Shown piece by piece: positions 27,374 to 36,926 of a stretch of DNA of 64,000 nt. The notes under the pieces were generated by a model. The model saw only the letters and a program-made list of their open reading frames with translations, was not told where the DNA came from and searched no databases. Origin of the DNA: a virus (Duplodnaviria; Caudoviricetes); IMG/VR virus record IMGVR_UViG_3300014059_000008, positions 27,416 through 91,415 of that record, one strand, 5' to 3'. Position numbers and translations under genes: made by a program. How positions within the stretch are numbered: the stretch's first letter is position 1; each line of letters begins with the position of its first letter.

Positions 27374-27746
27374 GCTTTCCAGCTCTTAGGATGTTGGCGG
27401 CTTGGACCACGATGTCATCGCTTATGCCGTCGAATCCATGCGGGAAGTCTCTTATCAGCCGATAGGATTCATCGACCTCCACAGCGCGCTTGTGGTCATC
27501 GAATGGGCCGATGTACGCGTGCAACTTTTGGCCGATCATGTCATAGCCCCGCGTCCGACTCAGCCACGCGCACGGGTAGTGATTCACGGCCTTGACTTGA
27601 AACTTCACTCCGACGTGGTCTTCTATGATCTTGGCATCCGACCAGGATATTCCATCCCACAGCGCTACTTGGTCGCCGACCTTCAGAGAGCGCAGCCACG
27701 CGCGGCGCTTCTCGGTCACTTTCTTGGTGAGCACAGGTGCCGTCAT
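27363..27746 (-). CDS. hypothetical protein
   Basis: 127-aa ORF. Confidence 0.6.
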   Translation of the reverse strand: MTAPVLTKKVTEKRRAWLRSLKVGDQVALWDGISWSDAKIIEDHVGVKFQVKAVNHYPCAWLSRTRGYDMIGQKLHAYIGPFDDHKRAVEVDESYRLIRDFPHGFDGISDDIVVQAANILRAGKRAI

Positions 27747-27749
27747 CGT

Positions 27750-29387
27750 CTACCCCTTCGGCTTGTCAGCCGTCAAAATCACCACAGGGATCTGCGTCCC
27801 CTCAAAAGCCCCGTCGAATCGCTTAGGCCATGCGAGTTGAAAGCCCGGCAGTAAGTCCTTGCCTACCGATGAAACGGGCAACACAGCTACAATGCGCCCA
27901 CCTGGGGCCAGTCTTGCAGCTGCAGCTTCCAGGTGAGCACGCCAGCGACCTTCTGAAAACGGCGGGTTCATCACGATCCGATCGTACTGGTCCCAGGTCT
28001 TCCCTGACCAATCCAGGAAGTCTGCGCAGACCACCGTGTGGCCCTTGACTTCCAGGATCTTGGCGCGGAGTTCTGCCAGCTCCACGCATGTGATCTTGCC
28101 AGCGCCCACGATGTCGGCCAGCGCTCCGTTGCCAGCGCTCGGCTCTAGCACCTTGTGACCATCCTGGATTCCAGCCAGCTCGACGACTGCAGCGGCCACT
28201 TCTGGCGGGGTCGGGTAAAACTGGTGGGCCTTCTGGTCCGGGATGCAGCCCGAGTTTATGACTTGGCGGATGGCTGGCAGCGGGTCATATCCGAAGTTCC
28301 ACGCATGAAGCGACTTGTCCCAGGTTCCACCCAGGCATTCGAGCACGGTCTGCACTTCATCCATGACCACCTTGGGCGTCGGAGTGATCGAGGTTCCGCG
28401 CTGGACAATGGCGGTCTTTAGAATTTCTGCGAACCTGTCGCCGTACCTGTCGCGCACGGAGTTTTCCACCGGCTTGCGTGCGTACTCGTAGCCAGCGAGC
28501 ACGTCGAGCACTGCAAACGGCAGCGGACGCATGATCTCGTAACTCACTGCCTTGGCTTTGCGCAGCGGCTTCTCTCTGTGCTCAGCTGGAATCGCATGCG
28601 GGTGAAGGCTGGCCAGCACCTGATTGAGTCGCCACGCCATATCGGGATGGACTTCCAAGTGCGCAGTGCCTTTTTTGTACAGGCGGATCTTGAGCGCGCC
28701 GCCATCAACTATGCACCATTCACCCCACTGGTCTTTTAGCTGCGCCATCAGCATGTTTGACGCGGTGTAGCGCGGCTGGTCCCGGCCCATGAACTTGGCG
28801 ATGACGCACCGTAAGTCGTTGATGAGTCCAGACTTGCGGTGCTCGGGGCTGGCGTACTCATTGAGCACATGCTCGATGATCATGCGCTTTGAGAATCCTT
28901 CGGGCTTATTGGTCACATGGGACCGCGACAGCCCGTAGAAGATGCCGTCTACCCGCTCGGCCAGAAACGTGGCGCGCGATGCAAACAAGTGGCCAAACGT
29001 CTCGCGCACCGTCGTCTCGTCGAAAGCGGGGCACTTCATCTTGGCGATCTGCTCTTGCCACTCGTCGCGCCGCTTCTGGGGCATCACCGACAGCACGTCG
29101 GTTAGATCCATCGCGCGCTTCCAGTAGTCGGCATTCAGCGCAGCTACCGCACCATCACGACGGAACAAACGCTCCACGTCGTCTTTGCCAAGCCGATTAA
29201 AGTCTGACTTGTTGCCGTCAAGGAAGTAGCCAAGCGCCTTGCGCACCTCGGTTGAGGTAAACGCAACCACCGACTCAATGACCGCAAGTTCGGCGCGGTA
29301 CTGCGCGACCAGCTCAGCGATCGGGTCGGACTTCTCGATCTCGCCGCTACGAAAGTACTCTTCAGGCTCTAAAAGCGTTGCTTCCAT
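27750..29387 (-). CDS. DUF4942-family DNA methyltransferase
   Basis: QFYPTP, VLEPSAGNG, IVMNPPF; N-terminal LSRSHVTNKPEGF and YKKGTAHLEVHPDMAWRLN. Confidence 0.85.
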   Translation of the reverse strand: MEATLLEPEEYFRSGEIEKSDPIAELVAQYRAELAVIESVVAFTSTEVRKALGYFLDGNKSDFNRLGKDDVERLFRRDGAVAALNADYWKRAMDLTDVLSVMPQKRRDEWQEQIAKMKCPAFDETTVRETFGHLFASRATFLAERVDGIFYGLSRSHVTNKPEGFSKRMIIEHVLNEYASPEHRKSGLINDLRCVIAKFMGRDQPRYTASNMLMAQLKDQWGEWCIVDGGALKIRLYKKGTAHLEVHPDMAWRLNQVLASLHPHAIPAEHREKPLRKAKAVSYEIMRPLPFAVLDVLAGYEYARKPVENSVRDRYGDRFAEILKTAIVQRGTSITPTPKVVMDEVQTVLECLGGTWDKSLHAWNFGYDPLPAIRQVINSGCIPDQKAHQFYPTPPEVAAAVVELAGIQDGHKVLEPSAGNGALADIVGAGKITCVELAELRAKILEVKGHTVVCADFLDWSGKTWDQYDRIVMNPPFSEGRWRAHLEAAAARLAPGGRIVAVLPVSSVGKDLLPGFQLAWPKRFDGAFEGTQIPVVILTADKPKG

Positions 29388-29558
29388 GCGGCAACACTTG
29401 CACGTGGCACTGACACAATCAACTATATTTCGTTATTGATACGGCGAAAAAGTGGCGCGCACCGTATGCCAGGCTGGCAGTTGTCAAGGATTCCTTTACA
29501 GCTCAATCTCGACGCATGCCCCGGCACCAAGTGCGCGCCACCCTGCTACCAGCTGCGT

Positions 29559-29921
29559 TTAGCCTTGGACAAAGACCTGCACGCTAACGTCCGTGGTCCC
29601 CTCAGCGATGGCATAGCCAAGGATGGCATCGCCCGAGCCAGCGGCCCGCAGCGCGCCCGTGCCATTGCTGGTGAGGTTGGCACCAAGAGAGCAAGCGCCC
29701 TGCAGAGATAGCAGGTGAGGCTCGCCACCCAGCCAGTCACAAGGGACTGCGGTGTTTTCGTCCACCGTGCCGGTGCAGATCCCGTGGGCCTTTTCGCCAG
29801 ATGCCGGAAGACGGATCTCGTACTCACCTGGGGCGCGGCTCTCACCGGTAAGCGTAAATAGCTGGTCATAAACCAGCGTCTCACCAGTGCGCGCATAGAC
29901 ATTCGTTAGGGACATGATCAC
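29559..29921 (-). CDS. putative virion decoration/cement protein (DUF2190-like)
   Basis: Small Gly/Ala beta-rich protein ending G.A..A.SGD.I.GYA. Confidence 0.5.
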   Translation of the reverse strand: MIMSLTNVYARTGETLVYDQLFTLTGESRAPGEYEIRLPASGEKAHGICTGTVDENTAVPCDWLGGEPHLLSLQGACSLGANLTSNGTGALRAAGSGDAILGYAIAEGTTDVSVQVFVQG

Positions 29922-29925
29922 TCCT

Positions 29926-30951
29926 CTACCAACAGACTATTTCTATATGGCCGGACGCACCATTGCCCCCGGCTCCCGAGTTAAAACCAAGCGGCGCTCC
30001 ACCGCCACCGCCACCGCCAGCACCGTAGTTTCCGCCGTTTCCGCCGCGCCCGCCAGCTGCGCCAGATCCACCAGCGCCACCGCCACCGCCACCCGTTCCG
30101 GGCATAGCTGCACCGGTAGCAGCTCCATTTCCACCTGGAGAGCCAGCTACGCCAGCCGCTCCGCCAGCGCCAGAGGTTCCGCCGGAAAGGCTGATGGCAG
30201 ATACCGTCCCGCCTACACCACCGTTTCCGCCTACGACGGTTGTAGATCCGCCACCTCCACCACCGCCACCTGGGGCTGAAAGGGCAAAGCTGGAAAATGT
30301 ACCCGCACCGGTTCCGCCGGACCCGCCAGACACTCCGACAAACTGAGCCGTCCCAGCTCCTCCACCGGCTGAAGTAGTTGTGCCGCCGCCGTTTCCGCCA
30401 GCGCCACCTCCGGCCCTCACATAGACGCCAAAAGTCGATGCACCGCCAGCACCGCCAGCTGTTCCGTTCGTGCTGTCTACGGTAATGGCTGGCCCACCAG
30501 TACCAGCTGCGCCTACGGAATAGGCCACGCTTGCCCCGAGCACCGTAGTTGGGATGCTGTTTTTTATCGTAAATCCACCCGGACCACCGCCACCGCCACC
30601 GGATGCGGTAGCGCCCCGCCGCCCCGACCCGCCACCGCCACCACCTCCGGTAGCCGACACATCGCAGATCGTCACGCCAGACGGCACGGTAAAGTTTCCG
30701 CTGCCGCTTGTCAGTAGTGTGTAGGACTTGGGCTGCAGCGGATGCCGGTGGTCTTCCCGCGCAGCTGCAGCGCTGACACCAGCCGTAGCCGTTCCAGGAG
30801 CCAGTGGAAGCGCAGACCCTACCGCAGCAGGTTGCGATGCGCAAACAGCCGCAGAAGCGTAGCCAGACACGCGGCAGAGCACACTTTCAGCAGCGGCTGC
30901 AGGAATCGCTAGTGCTGCTAGTAACGCGAGAGAACCTAGAATCTTTTTCAC
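29926..30951 (-). CDS. glycine-rich virion/fibre-type protein
   Basis: SGNFTVPSGVT...GGGGGGG...GGNGASGHIEIVCW; N-terminal signal-like stretch. Confidence 0.75.
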   Translation of the reverse strand: MKKILGSLALLAALAIPAAAAESVLCRVSGYASAAVCASQPAAVGSALPLAPGTATAGVSAAAAREDHRHPLQPKSYTLLTSGSGNFTVPSGVTICDVSATGGGGGGGSGRRGATASGGGGGGPGGFTIKNSIPTTVLGASVAYSVGAAGTGGPAITVDSTNGTAGGAGGASTFGVYVRAGGGAGGNGGGTTTSAGGGAGTAQFVGVSGGSGGTGAGTFSSFALSAPGGGGGGGGSTTVVGGNGGVGGTVSAISLSGGTSGAGGAAGVAGSPGGNGAATGAAMPGTGGGGGGAGGSGAAGGRGGNGGNYGAGGGGGGGAPLGFNSGAGGNGASGHIEIVCW

Positions 30952-32186
30952 GCCATAATCTCCTCTCCGATTTGCAGATAGATTGCTTCACCGTCGCACT
31001 GCCCGACACGCTGCGTGTACCGTCCCGACGGAATGCTGCTAAATGGCACCGGCATCCCGGCATCATCTCGATACAGCGTCCGATCGGGGAATCCGCTCAC
31101 GGGAACGCGGCCACTTCCCCACACAAGCGCCAGCCGGTTTGCCGTTGGCTGCGCTGGGGATACGATGCCCACCATGATCGAGGTTTCCAAGGTGTTGCCA
31201 AGGCATCTGCGGACCAAGATCGGGCTGCGCATGTACGCGCATTGGCCCTCGACAAAAGTGTCATCGGTGCGAACTAGCCACGGCCCGTTTTGCTGACTTT
31301 CTGGCTCTCCTCCTGCAATGTCACCATCGCTGGTAGCAAAAGAGACAGCCGATGCTTGATCAAAAAATACGCGCTCCGTTCCGGCACCGTTGGTCATGGT
31401 GATCGTGGTTAGCGCGAAATGGAAGCTGCAGCCGTACATCTCAGCGCGAAGTCCGCCTAGCTTTAGCGAGTCGGGGAATATGCACCGCGTAGCCTTGACA
31501 AGCTCTGTTGTGATCGTCTGCCCAAACTCCGAGTCAGTCGCTGTCAGGTAGTTGCTTTGGATTTCCTTGGTCACATACACCCGGTCAAAGACCAGCCGCA
31601 GGTCACAGCCGCCGCCATTGGCCACTCCCTCTACGATGTCGCAGTCCTCAAGCCTCACCTCGTACTGGTCCGTGCTGCTGCCTGGGGCGTTTGTGTCTAT
31701 GGACTGGATCGTGAGCCCTCTACCGCGCAGCTTGGATTCTTGAGAGCCGTCTGCAGTTAGACGCAGCTGGCCAAGGATGGCCCCGGCTTCAGCGATGATC
31801 GATATGGTTTTTGCAGCTGGAAGATCGCCGCCTCCATACGACCATGGGGAGATATGAATCTCGGCAACAGGCTCACCTCTGCCTGCGAGGTAGGCCAGGG
31901 CATCTGGAAGATCTGAGAATGGAGCGTCAATTGAACCATATTGAACCGTCGATGGCTCGCACTGCCCAACGTAGATTTTCGTCGGCAGAACTTTGGGCTG
32001 CACAGCCATGGCACCGCCGCCATCATTGCCGTAGTATGTTCCGGCTGGCAGCGATGGAAGCACCGGTATCGGAAACGCTCCAATCTCCCCCGCGCTGTCG
32101 GTGCCGATGTATGAGTCTGGATTTGTAAGCTGTTCACTGGGTGTTGACTTGGTGCCATCCCAGAGGAGGAGTGATCGGTAGCTCAT
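30948..32186 (-). CDS. putative virion structural protein (beta-rich)
   Basis: GSIDAPF..L..A motif and beta-helix-like middle; start MSYR after a promoter. Confidence 0.6.
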   Translation of the reverse strand: MSYRSLLLWDGTKSTPSEQLTNPDSYIGTDSAGEIGAFPIPVLPSLPAGTYYGNDGGGAMAVQPKVLPTKIYVGQCEPSTVQYGSIDAPFSDLPDALAYLAGRGEPVAEIHISPWSYGGGDLPAAKTISIIAEAGAILGQLRLTADGSQESKLRGRGLTIQSIDTNAPGSSTDQYEVRLEDCDIVEGVANGGGCDLRLVFDRVYVTKEIQSNYLTATDSEFGQTITTELVKATRCIFPDSLKLGGLRAEMYGCSFHFALTTITMTNGAGTERVFFDQASAVSFATSDGDIAGGEPESQQNGPWLVRTDDTFVEGQCAYMRSPILVRRCLGNTLETSIMVGIVSPAQPTANRLALVWGSGRVPVSGFPDRTLYRDDAGMPVPFSSIPSGRYTQRVGQCDGEAIYLQIGEEIMA

Positions 32187-32194
32187 GGCCCAGT

Positions 32195-32223
32195 AGGGTG
32201 CCACAAGCTGCGGACCATTGGAA
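32195..32223 (-). promoter_or_regulatory. promoter, probably leaderless
   Basis: TTCCAA-17nt-CACCCT-8nt-ATG. Confidence 0.45.
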
Positions 32224-32229
32224 GGTTGG

Positions 32230-32487
32230 TTACTGGCGACGAGAGAAGTGGTGCCCCAGCTTGGTTAGCTTGATCTCATACTCGGCTCGCAAACTGGCCA
32301 TGACCTGCATGCGCGTCACCCGAGAGGACTTCGGCATCTTAAAGCGCATGATACCGGCATCGAGCTTGGACCTGATCGCAGCCGTCAGCGAGATCACTTC
32401 CTGGTCGCGGTTTGCTTCCAGGTGCGCACGCAGGATCTTGTCTACTTGGTTGCGCGTGAGCCCAACGTCAAAATAGATGGCCTTCAC
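32230..32487 (-). CDS. small basic protein
   Basis: 85-aa ORF. Confidence 0.55.
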   Translation of the reverse strand: MKAIYFDVGLTRNQVDKILRAHLEANRDQEVISLTAAIRSKLDAGIMRFKMPKSSRVTRMQVMASLRAEYEIKLTKLGHHFSRRQ

Positions 32488-32543
32488 CTATACGCCAGAC
32501 TCATACATCCTGATGACTTGCTCGGCTTGCTCTGGGGTGGCCT

Positions 32544-33185
32544 TCATTTCGAGCCCACCTTGTCTGTGGCGATCACCCACACGTAGGGGTTTACATCCCA
32601 TGCGTCTGGCCCATAAAGCGCCGTCCATAGCAGCTGGAAAAGATACCGGGGGCGGTCCGTGCGATGCATTATGCGGGTCTTAAAAAACTCTTTGACTCCT
32701 TCGGCTAGCGCATCCTCATCTGTGATGTCTTGCAAGCGCTGCACTTTGATGCTGGAAATGGTGAGCACTGTCTGGCAATACTTGCGCGGCATGTGGATGC
32801 TGGGCGTGCAGCGGGCGATACAGTTCCTTGACGACGGAAGGTAGAAGACATCGGCCAGATTGCTTTCCCATGCTGCGCTCATATCAGCCGGCCACACGAT
32901 GCGGTTGCCTTCGTCGTACTCATCGACTGCGTACGTCTCACGCAGCCACAGCCTGTGACCGACCTTGCCATATGGGCAACCGGTGCCGCGACCGTCTGCG
33001 AAGAACGCTTGCGCCTTCGGGATGCTGTCGTTCTCCTTGACGCATGCGAACTTTAGCCCGTGCGGATTCCAGCCCTTAGCCGTCAGGATGCGCCGAGTCT
33101 GCGTCTTCTCTCCGCTTCGGTATGCGCGGGCCATTGGTGCTGCGACCAGCAATGGGTGCTCGGTCTTGTCAGTGCGGGGATTCAT
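32544..33185 (-). CDS. ASCH/PUA-like phage protein
   Basis: GEKTQTRR, CPYG..G.RLWLRET, PSIHMPR, RLQDIT..DA.AEG, W..NP.VWVI. Confidence 0.75.
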   Translation of the reverse strand: MNPRTDKTEHPLLVAAPMARAYRSGEKTQTRRILTAKGWNPHGLKFACVKENDSIPKAQAFFADGRGTGCPYGKVGHRLWLRETYAVDEYDEGNRIVWPADMSAAWESNLADVFYLPSSRNCIARCTPSIHMPRKYCQTVLTISSIKVQRLQDITDEDALAEGVKEFFKTRIMHRTDRPRYLFQLLWTALYGPDAWDVNPYVWVIATDKVGSK

Positions 33186-33418
33186 TAGTGCGCTCCCAGC
33201 TGTGGAAGTTGGTCGCACTTGGTCACTGGCGTGTACGTTCCCCATATGCGAGGCACCACCACAAACCGCGCCATGGTGCCGCACCGGTAGGAAAACGCCG
33301 CCATCATGTCCGGTACGCACATCAGGCAGAAGATGATCGTCAGTGCTAGACCGATGCGTTCTGCGGTCTTTCCTACGAACCACTCGCCGATCCAGTCGTA
33401 CTTTAATCGCTTTGCCAT
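33185..33418 (-). CDS. small membrane protein
   Basis: One hydrophobic segment; GGCAGGAG RBS. Confidence 0.6.
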   Translation of the reverse strand: MAKRLKYDWIGEWFVGKTAERIGLALTIIFCLMCVPDMMAAFSYRCGTMARFVVVPRIWGTYTPVTKCDQLPQLGAH

Positions 33419-33421
33419 TGG

Positions 33422-33688
33422 TCACTCCTGCCCTTTGCTTACAGCTGCCTGGAACTCCCACTTTCCGTTCTTTAGCTCTACGTCCCATCCCGCAGATCGA
33501 CACTCTTGAATGACGACCAAAATATTTTCGTCATCGGCTGCGATTAACGGTCCTTGCCCATACGTATAATATCTGACTACATCAGGAATGCTGCGCTCTC
33601 CTCTGCGCAACTGCAGAGTGAAGTATGTTCGTATCGCGTCGAGCTGGTCTTTTTTGAAATCGCTCTCAGCTTCTCTTGGTGTAAGCAT
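33422..33688 (-). CDS. hypothetical protein, paralog of 34044-34268
   Basis: M.TP..A...ENI......R..GW....G.W.F. Confidence 0.7.
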   Translation of the reverse strand: MLTPREAESDFKKDQLDAIRTYFTLQLRRGERSIPDVVRYYTYGQGPLIAADDENILVVIQECRSAGWDVELKNGKWEFQAAVSKGQE

Positions 33689-33713
33689 GGGTCACTCCTG
33701 CCTTGGTGAACAT

Positions 33714-34019
33714 CTAGCTAGCCTCTGAAAACGAGCGCAAATATGACAGCTCATCGTACAGAACACGCCTTTTCGCATCGTTCAATTTATCTGCAAATTT
33801 CATAGCCATCCACATAGAGGCCGTGGGTATTAGTCCGTCTGTGCTTTCAACATCATGCCGTCGGATCAGGATGTCTTTGCGGCCACTGCGCAACACGCGC
33901 CCAACTATCCGCTCCTTGCTTTCAATTGTCAGCCGATGGCATGGACTCATGACGCGCACTGCATTGGTTACTCGCGGCATCAGATTCCACTGGATTAGAT
34001 TCAGAGTCTTTCTACTCAT
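33714..34019 (-). CDS. hypothetical protein
   Basis: 101-aa ORF with RBS. Confidence 0.6.
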   Translation of the reverse strand: MSRKTLNLIQWNLMPRVTNAVRVMSPCHRLTIESKERIVGRVLRSGRKDILIRRHDVESTDGLIPTASMWMAMKFADKLNDAKRRVLYDELSYLRSFSEAS

Positions 34020-34043
34020 GGCGCTTTCCTTCCTGGGTGATTG

Positions 34044-34268
34044 CTACCTGCTAAACCGCCACGGTCCGTTACCGGTGATCTTCCATCCGACTGCGCGGTA
34101 TCGCTCAAGTATTGCGTTGATGTTCTCTGGGCTCCACGCGCTGCGCACCTTGTTCACCAGGAAGACGCCTTTCGACAAGTGGCTGTCGAAATGCTCCTCG
34201 ATGATGCGTTGCTCTGCGGTGTTCTTCACTGTTGCGTTCAATCCTGGTGCTTGGTCTGGGGTAATCAT
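34044..34268 (-). CDS. hypothetical protein, paralog of 33422-33688
   Basis: Same shared motif; GGGAG RBS. Confidence 0.7.
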   Translation of the reverse strand: MITPDQAPGLNATVKNTAEQRIIEEHFDSHLSKGVFLVNKVRSAWSPENINAILERYRAVGWKITGNGPWRFSR

Positions 34269-34276
34269 GGGGCTCC

Positions 34277-34522
34277 CTATTTCAATGGTCCTGTGGGTAT
34301 TGTCGCGCCCTTGGGCATAAACTGCTCATCTGGCTCGAACCCGTACCGGATGCAGATCGCTGATGAGTATCCGCTTCCGTTGCTTGTCGCGTCAGCCACG
34401 CGCTTCCATAGCGGGTAGATGTAGCGCGACCGACCCGTGCGCCTTAGGCTGTGAATCATGCGCCGGATTATCTCAGTCTCGGATGGCAACTTAGATACGA
34501 TGTCTTTGTAGGTTTCACACAA
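34277..34522 (-). CDS. hypothetical protein
   Basis: W..V......GSGYS..IC..YGF.PD pattern. Confidence 0.65.
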   Translation of the reverse strand: MCETYKDIVSKLPSETEIIRRMIHSLRRTGRSRYIYPLWKRVADATSNGSGYSSAICIRYGFEPDEQFMPKGATIPTGPLK

Positions 34523-35657
34523 AGTGATGCCTCACCGGGGTTGATGACTTACATGGGCCATAAAAAGGCGAACTACTCAGTGCTCTCGTATCTGAGCGAT
34601 GGCACAAATGATTTGCGCACTCCAAAATGCGACCGTATTGCCGAAGCGAAAAGCCGCACTCATGGCATGTCATGCAAAGCGGCACCGCTGCGGATGAAAC
34701 GGGCGCATCTGGCACCTCTGCAGCCTTCTTATCTGCCAGAACCTTGTCTAGCTCCTGCCACGTCATCCCGTGCGGCTTCAGTGGCTGGGGGCAGTCTTCG
34801 TACTGCCAGCGGTTATCTCCGTTATCGCCAGCACGCCGCCAGACTACAGGCTTCTGCGTTAGGTGCTTGAAACAGATTGATGTGTCTCCAGTGGGCGCGT
34901 CCCACCATTGGACATAGGCGATCATTTCTGGCGTCGGTACTACGTTGCGAAACTCTAGCTTGGCGTCCTTTGCATCGTTGGCTGGGTCTGGCTCGCCAAC
35001 ATCCAGAACCGGCGGCAGCACATGATCGGCCACCTCCTTGACCACCGGCTTAGTGTCCTCCTCTTCCCAGGCATCAAGTGTAATTCGCAAGCTGTCGCGC
35101 TCCTGGGACACCGTGGCTAAAGCAGAGCGAACATCTACCAGCTCGCCTTTGAGCTTGTTACGTTCTGAGCCTAGTCGCTCGATGAATCCTGCAATGTCAT
35201 CGCTTTCATCGGCTCCATATTCCAAAATGATCTCAAGCAATCGATCCAGCTTGTCTGCAGCCAGCCGATAGAACGCAACTTGCTTTTCAGCATCAGCAAT
35301 ACCGCGTTCATTCTTTTGCGCTTCGTCGGCAAGTTGCTGTTTAAGATATTCCCGCTCAGCCGTGACAGACTTATTGCTCGCCCGCATGTCCGTCAGCTCA
35401 GCACGCAAGTTGCGGACTTCCAGCTTCAGGTCTGCGTTTGATTCAAGTGTGTTCTTCACTCGGCGCGTCACTTCGCGCTCGACGTTGCGCTTTAACTCGT
35501 CGAGCTGGAGCTGTAGCAGCTGTAGCTTGTCCAGTATGGAGGTCTGCTCTGGCACTGTGACGGACACGCACTTGCAGCCTGAGTTATCGTCGCCACATTT
35601 GTTGCATATGTTATTGATCATCGTCATTTCCTTCCTCGGTAGAGTCCACAAACACAA
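34515..35657 (-). CDS. coiled-coil protein with repeat module and Zn-binding termini
   Basis: Heptads; YGADESDDIAGFIERL; CxxC at both ends. Confidence 0.75.
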   Translation of the reverse strand: MCLWTLPRKEMTMINNICNKCGDDNSGCKCVSVTVPEQTSILDKLQLLQLQLDELKRNVEREVTRRVKNTLESNADLKLEVRNLRAELTDMRASNKSVTAEREYLKQQLADEAQKNERGIADAEKQVAFYRLAADKLDRLLEIILEYGADESDDIAGFIERLGSERNKLKGELVDVRSALATVSQERDSLRITLDAWEEEDTKPVVKEVADHVLPPVLDVGEPDPANDAKDAKLEFRNVVPTPEMIAYVQWWDAPTGDTSICFKHLTQKPVVWRRAGDNGDNRWQYEDCPQPLKPHGMTWQELDKVLADKKAAEVPDAPVSSAAVPLCMTCHECGFSLRQYGRILECANHLCHRSDTRALSSSPFYGPCKSSTPVRHHFV

Positions 35658-35845
35658 TCCGTCGGTCGGATAGTTGTCTCACCCCGTCGGATGTGACCTG
35701 GAACATAGGCTTCAACACCATCGGAATGCGCACGGTCTTGTTTGGCTCAAACACACCATCTTCTATCTCATCGGCTACCAGGATGTTGTCCAGGCTCATG
35801 GATCGCAAGTCTTCAGGCGTTGCATCAGCAAGTATCCGCCCTTCT

Positions 35846-36310
35846 TCACTTTGCCCCATCGTCAGCCCCTTGCTTCATGATGTCGGCACGTGCTCGGTCT
35901 AGCGGCGCGGGCTCCGTGGTTGGGTAGGTCAGTACTTTGTATCCATTGGCTGCTGCATACTTCTCAGCAGCCCTGATGTATGCAGCACCGCCATGCTGCA
36001 GCCAGCGCAGCGCTACGGGAGTTTGCACATCTTCCAGCGTATGCAGCTCTCCAAGGTCGATGCGTCCATGCTTCACGATCTTCTGCGTTGTCTCGGTTCT
36101 TGCCATCACGATCGTGACATACGGGTCACGGCCAGCTAACAGCGCGTCGCGCTCAGCCTGGATCTCTGCGATGCGCTGTGCTGCCATATCGGAGGTCATC
36201 AGGTAGCAGCGCCGATTGATGTTGGTTTCCTCTGTGTCTAGTGCTGCCACTTTGAGGCTTACTTGCTGTGGGCTCATGGCTGTAACCTCGCTGCCTCTTT
36301 TCCGTGCCAT
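35846..36310 (-). CDS. hypothetical protein
   Basis: ORF in the coupled gene string. Confidence 0.6.
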   Translation of the reverse strand: MARKRGSEVTAMSPQQVSLKVAALDTEETNINRRCYLMTSDMAAQRIAEIQAERDALLAGRDPYVTIVMARTETTQKIVKHGRIDLGELHTLEDVQTPVALRWLQHGGAAYIRAAEKYAAANGYKVLTYPTTEPAPLDRARADIMKQGADDGAK

Positions 36311-36630
36311 GTCTCGACGATGCGCGGATTCACAACTTGTGGATCACGCTCAAGTCTGCGGATGCGCTGGCGAGCTTCCTTTTCCGATAGGCCCCGGACT
36401 ACCTGAGTCAGCATCGGACCGCGATACCTGCCACCTGACCGCGCCGCTGCGCGCTGTTGCATCGTCGCGTTGGCCAGATCTGGGATCTGGTACTCAAGCC
36501 GCAGTTCGTAGCCGGTGGCTTTGGCCTGTTCCTGCATGGCCCTGGCTTCTGCAATCGCGCGCTCATTGGCTAGGTGCGATGCGCGGATTGCTCGGGCTAG
36601 CTTTTCTTCCGTAGTCAGCTTGGCGCGCAT
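36274..36630 (-). CDS. hypothetical protein
   Basis: 118 aa; GAGGT RBS. Confidence 0.65.
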   Translation of the reverse strand: MRAKLTTEEKLARAIRASHLANERAIAEARAMQEQAKATGYELRLEYQIPDLANATMQQRAAARSGGRYRGPMLTQVVRGLSEKEARQRIRRLERDPQVVNPRIVETWHGKEAARLQP

Positions 36631-36675
36631 GAATTAAACCTCACCGCCAGTTGCTTGATTCGCTTCCATGCACTG

Positions 36676-36718
36676 ACTCTGCACCGCTCAATTTTACGAT
36701 GCAAGTCTTTTTGTGCAT
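36676..36718 (-). promoter_or_regulatory. promoter with A-tract
   Basis: TGCACAAAAAGAC-TTGCAT-17nt-CAGAGT. Confidence 0.6.
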
Positions 36719-36728
36719 GGAAACACGT

Positions 36729-36926
36729 TTACCGTCTGAAGAAAGTTAGCTTACGCTCTGGTGTGACTTGGATTCCGGCTTGCTTCAGGTCCTTGCGAAC
36801 CGTGGTCACTCCCAGCCCGAACCGCTCCGACAGCTGGGCTGGCGTCATGTCTGGGTTATCTTGGGCAACCGACAGCATGCGCTCGACGAGTTTTCGCGTG
36901 TCATCTGCTGAGGATTGGGCTCTCAT
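36729..36926 (-). CDS. small HTH protein
   Basis: MTPAQLSERFGLGVTTVRKDL; start moved to MRAQSS. Confidence 0.65.
   Translation of the reverse strand: MRAQSSADDTRKLVERMLSVAQDNPDMTPAQLSERFGLGVTTVRKDLKQAGIQVTPERKLTFFRR

Noticed and set aside
29914-30844. Alternative-frame and antisense ORFs over the Gly-rich gene
   Set aside because: Shadows of GGY/GCY codon repeats
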